A stretch of DNA of 64,000 nucleotides, taken from the NCBI GenBank assembly GCA_951406725.2, contig OX597832.1, positions 68,076,001 through 68,140,000 of the forward strand. Direction: 5' to 3'. Shown here in pieces: positions 40,483-55,340 of this stretch. Position 1 is the first letter of the stretch. Every line of letters begins with the position of its first letter. Origin of the DNA: Octopus vulgaris. Its lineage: Eukaryota. The position numbers and the translations under genes are program-made. Below the pieces are notes generated by a model, which ran no database searches, was not told where the DNA came from, and was given only the letters and a program-made list of their open reading frames with translations.

Positions 40483-40591
40483 TGATCTCCCAAAATGTGC
40501 AAAAACATTTTCGCTAGAGTCCACTATCAGTTACTGAGGCATTGATTGTCAATATTTGGTGATTTATTAGTCAATTTGTGTTGTGTTGTTA

Positions 40592-40623
<32 letters not shown>

Positions 40624-40665
40624 ATATGTATATATATATGTATATATATATATGTATATATATAT

Positions 40666-40698
<33 letters not shown>

Positions 40699-41032
40699 CA
40701 TATATGTATATATATATGTATATATATATATATGTATATACATATATGTATATATATATGTATGTATATATATATGTGTGTGTGTGTATATATATATGAA
40801 TGTATGCATATGTGTGTGTGTCTCGGTGTGTATAAGTATAGTTGTATATTGTTATATGTATATACGTACATACATACATACATACATATTCACACACAAA
40901 AGTGTGTACGTTCATAGTATGATGTTTGCGTGTATGTGAATATACGTGCATATAAAAGATGTGAATACATACATACAGACATACAAACACACATAAATAC
41001 ACACAAGCGCACACGCATATACATATATATAA

Positions 41033-41082
<50 letters not shown>

Positions 41083-41257
41083 AATATAGGGAATGCGAGA
41101 TACATACAGATATACCTGTGCATGTATATATATATATACAGGTATATCTGTATATATCTCGCTTTCCTATATTTATTAATATAAATAGTATAGCGGTGGT
41201 ATATATGGCCGCGGCCTTCGGCTAAAATATTTTGGGGATTTAAGGGATATATAGTAT

Positions 41258-41308
<51 letters not shown>

Positions 41309-41560
41309 TATATATACATATATAGTATATATGTGCTTGCGTTGTTAAATCTATGAATACGTATATGTTATATGTATATTTTATCTGTTTATATTTTTTC
41401 AGAAATAGACATATATTCATACACACATTGATAAACTTCTCTTCCTTGCACACGTATACTCTTCCCCATATAAGACTCCTATGGTGATGCTTCTTCATGT
41501 ATGCGTATATATGTATGTATCCCTCTCTTTTTGTACGCACACACAAACACACGAACACAC

Positions 41561-41748
<188 letters not shown>

Positions 41749-42287
41749 GTACACACACATCTATGCCTGCCTGTGTTTGTGTGTGTGTGTTCATTTGTAT
41801 AATATTTTTTATGCCTACCCATTATTATATTTTCGTCTTTTTCTCCATTTACTTTTACATTATGTCTTCTCTTGCTAAGATTAACTTATTAATCATTATA
41901 AACCTACGAAAAAGAAGTCTTCTGAAGAAAGAACATCAAACTCCTTCAGCTGGCTGCCCAAGAGCATTCTCCACTCTTTTTCTATCACCCTCTCTATTTA
42001 TCTGGCTCTGCTACTCTCCTTTTCTCTCTCTCTCTCTATGATTATTTCACCTTCTCTCTTTTCTAGTTCTTCCTTGTCGTTTACTGGACGTGCCGTTCTT
42101 TCATTATACATTAATAGAAAGGGTAAGATGGTGGCGCAAAACTGACTGCAATAATTTTTCTGGTTAAAGAAGAAAACTACGAAAAATGACAGACAAGATA
42201 TTTTCCCCTGATTCTTCTTTCTAAAAGGTGCGTGAAAACATACAGACGTACGGTGCAAACATTTATATATTCATACACATAAACACA

Positions 42288-42338
<51 letters not shown>

Positions 42339-43904
42339 CTTGTTATATATAATGTATATGCGTGTATTTATGTAAGTATATATTATATGTAACTGTGTTT
42401 CATATGTACACATATGTGTATAAAATATAAAATATATCATATATATGAATATATATATATACATATATATATACACACACACGTGTGTGTGTAAACTAAT
42501 ATTTAAAAAATTGGCAAATAGATATTAATTACAAGTAGAGTACATGTTTAGTGGAGATTTAGTTGTTTTTGTCATTCCATCGTCGCTACATTGTTCTACT
42601 GTCTAAATAACTGAGAGCAGCTGCTTTCAAATTTGATCTGGAATTATTTCACTTTTCTAATATTAATATATCTTGTCATGTTTCGAAACTTAGTAAGACT
42701 TGCAAACTTTAAAAACAAAATTCCAATTTCAATTTAATTCCATACATTTAAACAAGAGGAATTTATCATTTTATCAAACGGTTCCCACTCAGTTTCCGGT
42801 CTGCCACGATAAAGGGAGACTGTTCTCTGCGGTACATGATGTACAGCAATTCGTCTTTGTCAAATTTCACGTCTCATATACGAGATCCAACATTTTCATA
42901 TCAGATTACACACTGTCTTCTTCTCGAGGCACTTTTGATCTGTCCCCAACAATTACAAAGACTACCCTGCCCCAAACCCGCACACATACTTTTCTTCGCC
43001 ATTTTTGAGAGCGATTTGTCCATGCTGCAACACCATTTTATAAAATGGCGTTTTGTACAATGTTACCATGTCTTCATAAAAACTACAGTTTGAAAGCCAT
43101 ATCTGCAACTAACTACCATTATATATATCGTACTTGATTACGTATATATTGCGTAGTTATTTTCAAAAATATATATGATCAAGAAAATCACCCCAGATTT
43201 TATATGAGACGTTGGGATTCCTATAAGAAAATGCCTCCTTGACGCAAAATTAAACTGGCTGGCTACAATTGAAGTGTCTTTGCTGACAGATCAGCAAAGG
43301 CACTTCAACAACACAGTTGTTTTTTTAACTCTTTGCTTTTATCAATTTTGATCAATTTACTGCCGGTTTAGAAAGGAATGTTGCTTTCACTATTTTACCA
43401 TTATTGTGTGGAATACAAATAAATTAATATAGCGATGGAGAAGGTTCCGTATGCTCACGAAATGATGTTGGAGAAACCGTGGTTGACAAGATCTATGCTA
43501 CATCGATCGAAACAGGGCTTAAAGAAGTATTAGTCTTCCTTTATATACCAAACATCACTCAAGAAGGGAGTTGGGATCGATGCATCGTACCTCTGCAACA
43601 AACTAATGTTACACAAGTATCAGAAACACAAGTATGGAGTATTACCCTATTCATTGTACTTTAGATTGTGACCTATTAAATATACGTAATTAAGACCTTT
43701 GACATAACCAAGCTTTGCTTGAAGCATCTGCTAAATCAACCTCGATTTTAAATCCATCACTCCAACGCTTCTATTTGGAAGTTTTGCTCATGTATCAGCA
43801 ACTCTCAGCCTAGCACTAGAACTTAATCATGCATGGAAGTGTACTTCTCCACGCCACGGGTTGCTGTCCAAAGAGGAAAATTTTCTTAAAAGCTTGAAGA
43901 ACTT

Positions 43905-44152
43905 CGCATTAGTGTCGTTATGGTGTTGCGTCAGAACGAAAGCAGCTGGAATATACACAGCAAGGTAAACGGCAGACTCTAATTGTTCTGGAATTCACCG
44001 TATTGATTGAGTTCTTACTTTTCATTGCCACGTAAAAAATGGAAGATAAAGTTGACATTAATGACTTTCGAACTCGGATCATAGAGAGCTGAAAAAAAAT
44101 TCGTGTTGCTTTTCTATCGAACACTTCTAACGATGCACTAAATTCTCTGCTT
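43905..44152 (-). mobile_element. SINE family A (decayed)
   Basis: aaagttgac...tttcgaactcggatcatagagagct...tctaacgatgcactaaattctctgc. Confidence 0.5.
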
Positions 44153-44155
44153 TAT

Positions 44156-44895
44156 AACAGGCGGTATCAAACAGTTCACGGTCTAGTACAGTTGCGCACC
44201 GACAGATGGCAGCACACAGTTGCGTGTGCAGTGAGAGCTAGCAGTGACCTTCATGGCGCAGTGTGCTGAGTGACATGGCTATATTTACTTCGCAAGTTGA
44301 GAACTTTGTGTCTCTGTGATCATGTGTATGCTGTAACCTTCAACTTTTATTATCGACAGGAAGTTGGGATAAAGATCAAAGGTAAAAGTTTAGGTTGAAC
44401 TTGAGAAGTCTGCCACAGAGACATTGAACATGCTTGAGCAAGCGCACGTCGATGAGACAATGTAGGAGCCCTTCATCTCTAAGAGCGAAGAAGGCACGAC
44501 AGAGACGCAGCTCAATCAAGAACATGTTCATCGTTCATTTCGACATTCGTGATATTACGCATGGAGAATTCGTCCCGCAGGGCCAGAACGTCAATCGAAA
44601 GTTCTACTGGAACGTTTTGAAGCCTTTGACGGAGGATATTCGGCGAAAGTGACCGGATCTGTCAGGCGCGAAAAAAACTGGATTCCTCACCACGAAAGTG
44701 CACCCTCTTCTCACTCATGATCTCGTCAAAAACAACATGGTGTCACTTCTGTACCAACTTTATTCGCCAGATTTAACACCTGCATCTCTTCACCAAGAGG
44801 AAAGAGCAGCTCAAAGGTCGCCGTTTTCACTTAGGTAAATAAGTTATTTTTAATTAAACATAACCAGTCCGGGAACTTTTTGATACCACATCGTA
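44156..44895 (+). mobile_element. Internally deleted mariner DNA transposon with both TIRs
   Basis: Left end ggtatcaaacagttcacggtctagt matches the reverse complement of the right end accagtccgggaactttttgatacc. Peptide KKARQRRSSIKNMFIVHFDIRDITHGEFVPQGQNVNRKFY, then WIPHHESAP, YSPDLTP and LKGRRF motifs. Confidence 0.9.
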
Positions 44896-44958
44896 TTTCC
44901 ACCATTCTTTCTACCAATTCAAATATAATGAATCTCATTATGATTATGAAGCTAGTCT

Positions 44959-45176
44959 AAGACAGCGAGATGGTAGAATCTTTAGCACGCCACACAAAAA
45001 GCTTAGCCTCATTTCGTCTGTCTTTACGTTCTGAGTTCAAATTCTGCCGAGATCGACTTTGCCTTTCACCCTTTTGGGGGTCGATAAAATAAGTAAGATT
45101 TGGACACTGGAATCAATGTAATCGACTTACTCGCTGCCCAGAAATGGCTGGTCTTGTGCTAAAATTTGAAACCAAT
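44959..45176 (+). mobile_element. SINE family A
   Basis: ttacgttctgagttcaaattctgccgagatcgactttgcctttcacccttttgggggtcgataaaataagta. Confidence 0.9.
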
Positions 45177-45739
45177 ATTAAGCTGGTCATTGGAACATGA
45201 ATGAAGATAAAAATTGATAGAAAGTTTTCTTTAAAATAATGTTTGTATCATAGAAGAAGGGGCAGTCCCAGGTGGGTTGGTATCAAAAGTGTTCCGAAAA
45301 AAAGAACAGATAAAGCCGTGCAATGTGCATTCATAATGAGATGTATTTGATCTTCTCGATCAAAGATAACTCAGAGTTAAACAAGAACAACGATAAAAGC
45401 AAAAGGAAAAACAACACAAAACAAAGCAAGTGTAGTTGTTATTGTTATTAGATAAATGTAACGGACTATCTATGAGTTATATAGAGAAGTAATCCTGCTG
45501 ATTTAAAATTTTCTCCTCTTGAGAGTAAAAGTACATATGTCCGCCATAATAATACAAACAACACTAACCAGCAACCAGTAATAGAATGATTGTTAATTGG
45601 CTGCAATGAAAGGAGAAAATGTCGAACAAAAGAAACTGTATTTGCATGGACATAGAATGTTGCCTTGTTGGTCTGCAATATTCTCTGCAGCTGAACGATA
45701 CACAAAAAGAAGTTGCGTTTCTAAAGCAGCACAAACATT

Positions 45740-45796
<57 letters not shown>

Positions 45797-45826
45797 CAGT
45801 AGTAGTAGTAGTAGTAGTAGTAGTAG
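45740..45826. repeat. (TAG)n microsatellite
   Basis: Direct reading of the sequence. Confidence 0.97.
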
Positions 45827-47048
45827 TCTTCTTCCCCTTCCCTTTTTAAAACAATAAAGTCCAATTTCAAGAGTATTTGAATGCTGTTTCAAGCACGGCA
45901 AACAACAACGTAGAAGTGTACCAGGGCTGGTCATCATTATTGAAGGTAATCAGAAGCTGAGAGAAGACGTGGCTAGCTGAGTGCTTCAGAATTTCACTCT
46001 GCAGTCATGACAATCCACGTTCCAGTTTATTACTTCGTATAATGCTCAAGTTATTTCACCCATAAATTCGGATTCACCCAAAATATTTTAGTGGGTGTAA
46101 TTCAAGCATCAGCCCATATTCTCTTCTTTTCAGCAACCATTCTTTCTCCATCATAAGCACATGAAGTTACATTAACAGTGAGGAGGAACATTAACAGTGA
46201 GGTTTCGTTACCTCACAAGACCTGCTGTTGGAGCAGGTTCTGCTACTCTACACCTCTATATCCCTTCCGTCATCTTTCTAGTTCTTCAAGCTAGAAAACC
46301 TTCAAGTGACATTTATTTTTACACCTATAGCACAGGGACTTCCTCTTTCGCACCGTCGGTGCCAGTGTGTTACGTGTCACACGGATTAAACTTCCGGCTT
46401 CAGAAAACATATTTCCCTATAGCCTTCTCCTCGCATAGCTATTTCTGTACTCACTCTCTGCCCATTCTGCGTCACAAAGAAGATAACAAAGAAACAAAGG
46501 TAAATGGACGAGAGTGTGTAAAAGAAATTCAGTGTGTCGAGTCATCTGTCTTGGTTTTCAAACTGGATGGAAAATCCCAGAAGCCCTTTCCATTCATTGG
46601 CAACTACAGTGTGCAAAACATGAAACATAGCTTCATTTCGAGGGTAATCGCAACATATATTAAATGCGTTTCAAGGTAAGTGCATGTTACTTTTACCCTC
46701 GACAATGTTTAGACAACTTACGCGAACAATTACACACACGTCTTTTCTGAGACGCATCGCCCCCAAGACTCCTTCCCTCAATGGATACGATTCATTTCCA
46801 GTCCCACCTCTGTATAAGAATGCCAACTAAAATATCTCCATTTCTATTAACACCATTTGCAATAATGTTATGGCTGTCAAAAATGTGTGTAGAATTGTTA
46901 TTGATGTTGTCACACGTGTCACTAAAATTGTTGACATCATTTTCTCTCCCAAAATATGTATTCAGTGGAATTTGATGTAAATTGTTTTAGTCTAGTAGTG
47001 TATTTATTTGCGTTATCTGTGTAATAATGTTCATGCTGAGTACACACG

Positions 47049-47102
<54 letters not shown>

Positions 47103-47176
47103 TATGTCACAAGAAAACAAAAGACAAAGACAGGTGACTACAAACAGATGTGTTTGTTTAACGCTCGGGAAGTGAA

Positions 47177-47244
<68 letters not shown>

Positions 47245-47248
<4 letters not shown>

Positions 47249-47578
47249 AGGATCATGGTCAGGGGTTAGAACGTCGAGCTTACGATCGTGAGGTCGTGAG
47301 TTCGAATCCCGGACCGGGCTGTGTGTTTCTGAGCAAGACACTTTATTTCACGTTGCTCCAATTCACTCAGCTGTAGAAATAAGTTGCAACGTCACAGATG
47401 CCAAGCTGTATCGGCCCCTTTGCCTTTCCCTTGGATAACACTGGTGCCATGGAGAGGTGAGGCCGGTATGCATTGGCGACTACTGGTCTTCCATAAACAA
47501 CCTTGTCCGGACTTGTGCCTAAGAGGGTAACTTTCTAGTTTCAATCCCATGGTTAGTCATGACCGAAGGGGGTCTCAT
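47245..47578 (+). mobile_element. tRNA-derived CORE-like SINE (family D), inserted in (TA)n
   Basis: Head tggtcaggggttagaacgtcgagcttacgatcgtgaggtcgtgagttcgaatcccgg, then CORE-like tgagcaagacactttatttcac. TA repeats lie on both sides. Confidence 0.8.
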
Positions 47579-47684
47579 ATATATATATGAGATGGGTTGT
47601 CATGATATGTATACTGGGCTTCGTATATTTTACTACAGTGTCACTTTGATGGCATGCACTACTTTCTCACTGACCCCTACTATT

Positions 47685-47865
47685 GACAAACGCCTGAATT
47701 TTGGGGTGAGAGAACCAGTCGATTAGACCGATTCCATTGATCGGCTAGTACTCATTTTACTAACCTCTAAAAGCGGTAAAGACAAAGATGAGCTCGCTGG
47801 AATTTGAACTCAAAACCTAATGCAAGAGAAAGGTCGCCAATCATTTTCTCTGTGAAACTAATGAT
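47685..47865 (-). mobile_element. SINE family A (decayed)
   Basis: ccagtcgattagaccga...ctagtactcatttt...ggaatttgaactcaaaac. Confidence 0.55.
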
Positions 47866-48004
47866 ACGTGACAAAACAGACATGCTTTCTATTCTATATC
47901 ACACTTCAATCACAACTTTATAATGGAAGGAAACGAACAAAAACTGAAAAGGAAACTGAAGATTCTCGTCGATTGAAAATAATAGCAGGACATAATTTTA
48001 ACAA

Positions 48005-48429
48005 CATTATCAATAGAGAGTATTATGACAACTTTCCGAGACAGTTACGAAAGGCTGTAAAGCCCAAACACCGGGTAATACTGACGAAAGGAGTTTTGTT
48101 TCATCAGGTGCAATCCCACAAGCTCTTGGTTTGAACGGCTGCTGTGCGTGACTGCGGATATGAATTGGTTGATCATCTCTTTAGCCTCATCTGAGTATCA
48201 TCTGTTCAACAAAATGTAAAAACACTTTGCTGGGTACTAGTATCGCAGTGATGATGACGTCATGTCTGCTGTTGATGACATTTTGAACAACTGGATGAAA
48301 GCTTCTTCACTAATGGAATTCAAGCACTACACCACCGATGGAAGGAGTGTGCGAACTAAAAGAGGGTCAATATTGAAATATATACCTTACTTGGTTACGG
48401 ACTGTGAAGTTTTCAGCCGATCCTTGTAG
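48005..48429 (+). mobile_element. Mariner transposase C-terminal remnant with right end
   Basis: INREYYDNFPRQLRKAVKPKHRVILTKGVLFHQ, AAVRDCGYELVDH, SEYHLF, YRSDDDVMSAV and FFTNGIQALHHRWKEC; the element ends ...ccttgTA. Confidence 0.85.
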
Positions 48430-48644
48430 TTGAAATAGTATCTTTATGCATTTACAATATAAATGTGATTATATTTATCAGCGAATATGTCTGAGCGTAT
48501 TTATAGATCTTTGCATTGTAAGTTTTTAATCGGCAGAAAGTTACAAAAGTGTTTCTCGTGCCTTCGGTCACATTTTAAAATTTCTGCCGATTATACACAA
48601 ACACATACCTAGAAACGCAAATAACATATAAATACATGTACAGA

Positions 48645-48900
<256 letters not shown>

Positions 48901-50006
48901 AATATACATACAAACAGAAATACATATGTATATATACATACATGTATACACATACATACAGCAATTTCTTCCGTATATACACAGACACGCACAAACACAG
49001 TTTAAAACGAAAATGTTATTTTATTTACGTCAATCATATTCCTTACTCCAAAATATAATAAAGAAAAGAAACTAATAAATGTTGTTGTGGTGGTGGTGGT
49101 TGTCTTTTTACTTCTGCATATTGATATTTTAGGCGTCATATGGTTAAAGAGTAATCTCAAACCGGAAATAATAAGATATAAGAAGAACGAAATTAAAGAG
49201 ATCGGCCAAGATTTGCGAAGAGCTTATAAGCCGAAAACGGTTATAATAAAAGAATAGTCTAACACAGAAAGATATTAAAAGTGGAATGCAAGAGAATAAA
49301 TATTTCAACAAAGAAGCTTTTTTTTTTTTTTTTTGGAAAATAACAAATGTGTATAGCATTGTTAAGCGAGATATTTCTTGAGGTAGTTTAATAAAATAAT
49401 GAAAATAACTAACAGAGAAAGCCGCCATGCAAAATATATTAGATATCAAAATGGGAAGAATAAATACCAAACTTATAAAAGCAGTTTTGAATGCGAATGT
49501 GTGAACAAAAATATACAAAAAAAAAAATAAGAAGAAAAAAAGAAGACAGAAAGACGAGAAGAAAAGGAGATTAATTTAGGCATATTTAGAAAGTAATTCG
49601 GCTAAAATGCATAACTGCTGCTCTAATGTTTAAACTGAAGTAAACCAAACAAGACGACTTGAACAAAAATAAAATCAGATATCACTCGCGTAAGAATCTT
49701 AGAAAATGAAACAATAAACAGAAAATGGTTAAAATATCAATGGAATATTCACTTGAATTTATTATGCTTGCTTGGACTTGTGAATAAATGTTCGAAATAT
49801 TTATTTGTCATGCTTATTAGCCTTTGTGGACTTTAAAATACAGAAGAATTTCATTTCTTTTAGCACTTTTCCTCTTTACAATTAACACAATGCAATGACG
49901 ACTTTTAAATTGTTTCACTAATGTATGTACGTATATATATATAGGTGTGTGTTTGTGTGTGTGTGTCTATCTGTACGTTTGTGTGTATATGTGTGCGTAT
50001 GTATGT

Positions 50007-50086
<80 letters not shown>

Positions 50087-50528
50087 GTATGTATGTGTGT
50101 GTGTGTGCTTGATTTTATTTGTTTAATTTCTTTTAATATTTTTTATACACACCATTCATTCTAAGTTAATGGAAATCACACATATACAAACGTAGATGTA
50201 TGCATAATGGAAGTCCTTCACACTTATTTATTCATATATTTATAGACGCCTTTTCTTCATATTTATAAAATAGTTCCACTTACGTACAGAGGTGGATACA
50301 TGGATACATACATAGATATACACATATAAATACATACGCGTATAATATTTAGAAAAGATATATGTGATAACAACAATGTGTAAATGACATATATATATAT
50401 ACATGAATTTATATAGAGGGAATTTTGATATGTATATATATATATACGCACACACAAATATACATACATGCACACAAGCACCTGCATCAATTTACTTACA
50501 CGTACATACATTCATACATAGATTCATG

Positions 50529-50567
<39 letters not shown>

Positions 50568-50610
50568 GTTTGCTTTTGTGTGTGCTTGCATATACATGTC
50601 GATACATACA

Positions 50611-50658
<48 letters not shown>

Positions 50659-51227
50659 TACACGTATATATGCACATTTATGCAATAGAATGTACATGTT
50701 TATGGATAGATGTTTTGTTTGAGGATATAGAACATGTATTTGTGTGTGATCGTGGGCATTAGCGCGCATACGTGAGTGAAATACATGATAAACTTTATGT
50801 AGACACAGAAAGATTTGTGCTAGCAGTAACGTAAGTTTCGACGTATACGTATATATTTTTATGTACATATAATTGTGTGTGGACGTGTGTGTATTTATGC
50901 ATGCATGTAGATATATGTGTGTGTGAAGAGTGTGATGATTGCAACGTAAATGTAAATGTTGCTACAGAAATCATAAATTGTCTACGAATAAATGTGAAAA
51001 ATAACAGCTTTAAGCATAAAATGTGCATAAATTCAAACAGACATCTCCATTCTATTAGACACACACATATCTGTATATACACACACACACACAGATACAT
51101 GTATGCACCCGCACGCTATTCTCTGTCTGTTCCTCACAATTTCTTTGTCTGCATGTCAGTCTGTCTGCGAGTGTATTTCCAATACACGCATTTGCTCTCT
51201 TTCTTTATGTATATGTATATTTTTAAT

Positions 51228-51319
<92 letters not shown>

Positions 51320-52719
51320 CTGTGTCTGTGTGTGTCTGTGTGTGTGTGTGTGTATTGTTTCTATGTGTACTTATGTATGTAAATATATAATTCATATAAT
51401 CTATGTGTAACTGCGTGTATGAACGCATGTGTGTATATGCGCATAACTGTGCGTCTGTTAGTAGCGTGAAAAGGAAAATTGTTTTGTTAAAATATTTAAA
51501 CATGAATCTTTAATTGCAACAAAACCAGTTATTCACAGAGTTTACTAAATTACCAACTCTACAGAATCTTTCTGCTATTCTGTTTTACTTTGGATTTTTG
51601 ATTTTTGCATATTTTTGTCTGTATTTACTTTTCCTCACTAAATGAGCAATATTTATGAGATATAGATATGAACAATCTACACATTGCTCTCCCCCCTCTC
51701 TCTCTCCCACATACATGCTAAGTGCCACTCATAATGTATGTGTTTTATAAATCATGTTGATGTAATTCATATAGGCATACATATGTGTTTACATATATAT
51801 ACCTGTGTATATATTTATACATATGAGTGTACATATATATCTATATTATTCGTTTAAGCGACCGCATGAATGCACACACATACATAGATGCATGCATACA
51901 CACCTACACACACATGCACATACACAAACATATATATGTGAATATTAAAACCTTCTACATGTGCATTACATTGATATGCCTACATACATATAAAAATATG
52001 CTAGTGAAATGGAGGACATTTACAAATTAGCTTCAGTGATACTTATAGAGGCATTTACCGACGGATTTTTCTATTATCATCATCGTTATTACATTTGTTG
52101 CTGAGATTGCTGCTCCTCTTAATGCTGTTTATCATTTTAGTCGTTGTCCCATTGTTTATTGATATCCATATTGTTCTTCTTTTAGCTGTTGTTTTATTAA
52201 CAATTTACTAATATTTGTGACTTGATACATTTTTATATTCCAATAAGTTAAATGGACATTATTACAACTCAAAAGAAAAACTTTGCACGATATTAAAACG
52301 AAAATCTGAATGAATGAGTGCACACACAGCTGAACTTATGCATCCTTATCACCACCCCGAACGCAACACACACATACACACACACACATATGTATATGTA
52401 TATGTGTGTGTGTACAAACATACATTTAATTATATATACACAATCATATATATGCACAATTGTGTGCATATATACATGTGTATGTATATATAGACATGTA
52501 TATACGCATACATATGTTTATAATATACATGTTTGTTCCTTTGATACTGTGTGGAATTGTGTCGGTGTATGAGTGCGTATGTATATTTACGCAGACGCAT
52601 GCGCATACATGTCTGAACACTTTTGTATTTTCGTGTTTTAATGTAAAAATATATATCTTACAATTATTTTATAAAGAAGCACATTCTAATTGATTTTGCT
52701 TATAAACATATATATATTC

Positions 52720-52779
<60 letters not shown>

Positions 52780-53204
52780 GCATATATATATGTTTGAGTG
52801 TGTGTGTATCTTAATATGTGTGTATGTACATTCATTTCACTAACCAAACATATTTGAAATGTCTGCTTTCACACGATAGCGAAGATTGGACAGAGGAATT
52901 TAGCATTTTAATAAAAAGACAAATAATGTCTTTTAAAATATCGATTCAATAATTCTAAAATATATCATTTGTTTAGAGATTAGGTGTAGCAAACAAACAG
53001 AAACAGAAAGTTCGATTTTAGGTTGTTTGGAAGACATATTTGTTAAAATACAGTTAATTTTAATGATCATTATTGTATTTATAAAGACGAAACACCATCG
53101 ACAATATTTATCTTAATAGGAAAGAATGCTCAGCTACACGTACACAGATATGCGTTTGGGACTGGAATACATACATACAAAACATATATTTAGTTCTCAC
53201 CCTC

Positions 53205-53375
53205 TGCTTGTTTCAGTCATTAGAGTGCAGCCATGAAAAAGTTTAGTCGGAAGAATCGAACCCAGCCCCCCTACTTATTAGTTTTTTTTATCTGGTCACT
53301 TTTGCCAAACTGCTATGTTGCAGTAAACACACCAACGCCAGTTGTCAAGTGGTAGTGGAGGACATTCGGACACAC
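53205..53375 (-). mobile_element. SINE family B, 3' half
   Basis: cttgtttcagtcattagagtgcagccatg...gtaaacacaccaacgccagttgtcaag. Confidence 0.7.
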
Positions 53376-53655
53376 ACACACAGATGGCTAAAGAGTTAGA
53401 AACATCAATGTCTAGGAATCTGATGAGTTGCAGCACTGAACAGATTTGGTGCTTTTACACATTTTTTTACCATAAGAGATAAACTTTCTCCACGGTGACT
53501 GCAGTGAATTTGGTTATAGTAGTTGGGATGTGTCATAAACATATTGCAATTAAACTTCACACACACATAAATTAATATATAAAAATATATATCAGGGGCA
53601 AAGGGCAAACACGTACGTGTCCGAGTCGTACTGCATGCTATGTATGTGTGTGCGT

Positions 53656-53775
53656 AGGGGCAGGAGTGGCTGTGTGGTAAGTAGCTTTCTTACCAACCAC
53701 ATGGTTTCTGCTTCTGACCCACTGCGTGGCACCTTGGGCAAGTGTCTTCTACTATAACCGCAGGCCGACAAAAGC
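53656..53775 (+). mobile_element. SINE family B head, truncated by a second SINE
   Basis: ggcaggagtggctgtgtggtaagtagc...cccactgcgtggcaccttgggcaagtgtcttctactata. Confidence 0.9.
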
Positions 53776-54072
53776 CCAGTGGTTAGGGAAGCGGACTCGC
53801 GGTCGGAGAATCGCGGTTTCGATTCCCAGACCGGGCGGTGTGTGTGTGTTTATTGAGAGAAAAGACCTAAAGCTCCACGAGGCTCCGGCAGGGGGTAGTG
53901 GCGACCCCCGTTGTACTCTTTCGCCACAACTTCCTCTTACTATCTCTTCCTGTTTCTTGAGTAACGCTGCGATGGACTGGCGTCCCGTCCAGTTGGGTGG
54001 GGGGCACATATGCCACAGAAACCGGGAAACCGGGCCCATGAGCCTGGCTAGGCTTGAAAAGGGCGAAAAAAA
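53776..54072 (+). mobile_element. tRNA-derived SINE family C with a V-domain-like block
   Basis: Head ccagtggttagggaagcggactcgcggtcggagaatcgcggtttcgattccc, internal ctgcgatggactggcgtcccgtccag block, and an A-rich tail. Confidence 0.75.
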
Positions 54073-54200
54073 AAGGAAAAATTCCAGGATAACCTCATGG
54101 TATGGTATACACAGAGAAAAATTTATCAAATAAAATAATTAAAATAACATACAACAAAATTAGTTTTTAATCTGTGGGAAAAGAAGGTAGTACTAGTGAT

Positions 54201-54275
54201 CGCTGCACGTGTTTCTCCGCTTGTGTGTATTAAGGCTATACTTAATACATAAATCAACCAGTGCGTCCTCAGGGT
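54201..54275 (-). ncRNA. Hammerhead-like motif with extended stem II
   Basis: Minus strand: acc-CTGAGGA-cgc...[tgtattaag/cttaataca hairpin]...gcg-ga-GAAA-cacgtg-ca. Stem III is palindromic; the cleavage-site U is mutated. Confidence 0.55.
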
Positions 54276-54999
54276 GTATATATATATATATATGTATATA
54301 TACTATTATTATTTACGGGTAAAAATTTAAAAAATCATATTAAAAATGAAAATAAAGATTGCAAATATATTTTTTAAATATTAAAATCCTAAAGTACAAT
54401 TACAATATATATTGAAAATGCTATACCTAAGGAAATTATTAATGATTAAATTAAAAACATATCCATTCTTGTAATATATCTAAATAAATATTATAGAAAT
54501 TAATAATTTAGTGTAAAATTTACCCCTGTTAATACTAGTATAATACAACATATTTCTATCAAATATGAGTTAATAGTGTAGAATAAAGATTAAATAGTAA
54601 ATACAACTACTTACGTTAGAAACTGATTGGATACAATTAGTAAAAAAAAAAGGTAGATTACTTTTTGACATAGGGTTTAATCCTTCTCTCTCAAGTGCAA
54701 ATGACAGCTCCCACTGTCAGACGTTAAGTATTATGGGAATAACATAAATAATAAAATAAAACACTCTGAAAATATTCTAAAACTGATAATATTAAAGAGG
54801 GTGAAGTGAAAGGCAGATAATAACTAGAAATAGGCACATACTTTGGTTGATGAAATAGAGATAAATTCAAATAAACCTTTGTGTTGGATCAAACTTGATA
54901 GGCAGGTAGAATTTAAGGGGATCAATGACAATAAGCTGGCACATAAGGGATAGTAAACAATGGATCTGTTGAGAAACTGCGGTTGTCAGCTAGTGAATA

Positions 55000-55340
55000 C
55001 CTCTCAATTGAGACAGGACAAAGTCTCTAAAACAATAAACGATGCCACTCGAAGAAAAACTGTCCCAGAGAAAATATAGAGACACAATGTGATTGAATAC
55101 ACACTCAAAAATCAACTGAAGGAATATTCTCATCAAAACGTCTGTAAAATAGCAGGCTGTGAACATAGCAGGCTGTGAACATAGCAGGCTGAATATTTCT
55201 GATAGGATCGGACAAGAAAAAGTGTGCATCGTCATACAGGTTTAGCTGCTCTGCTGTTTTGAATATATCTTCCAAAAGCCAAAAGAGAGGATAGCTATGG
55301 ACAACTAATCCGAGAATTCCATTTATAACTATAAAAATTA
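55000..55340 (+). pseudogene. Possible decayed PLE GIY-YIG endonuclease fragment
   Basis: Across frameshifts it reads CIV/YRFSCS/CCFEYIFQ...KERI, resembling VVYKFxCxCxxxYIGxT...ERI. Contains a 16-bp triplication at 55149-55191. Confidence 0.3.

Noticed and set aside
40301-40537. Poly-Glu/Arg ORF
   Set aside because: Pure (GAA)n microsatellite with no splice or homology support.
46197-46679. 160-aa ORF ending at a GTAAGT
   Set aside because: Non-ATG start, no recognisable domain and no convincing acceptor.
47250-47320. tRNA-like sequences here and at 34338 and 53776
   Set aside because: No complete cloverleaf, and they continue into SINE bodies, so they are SINE heads rather than tRNA genes.
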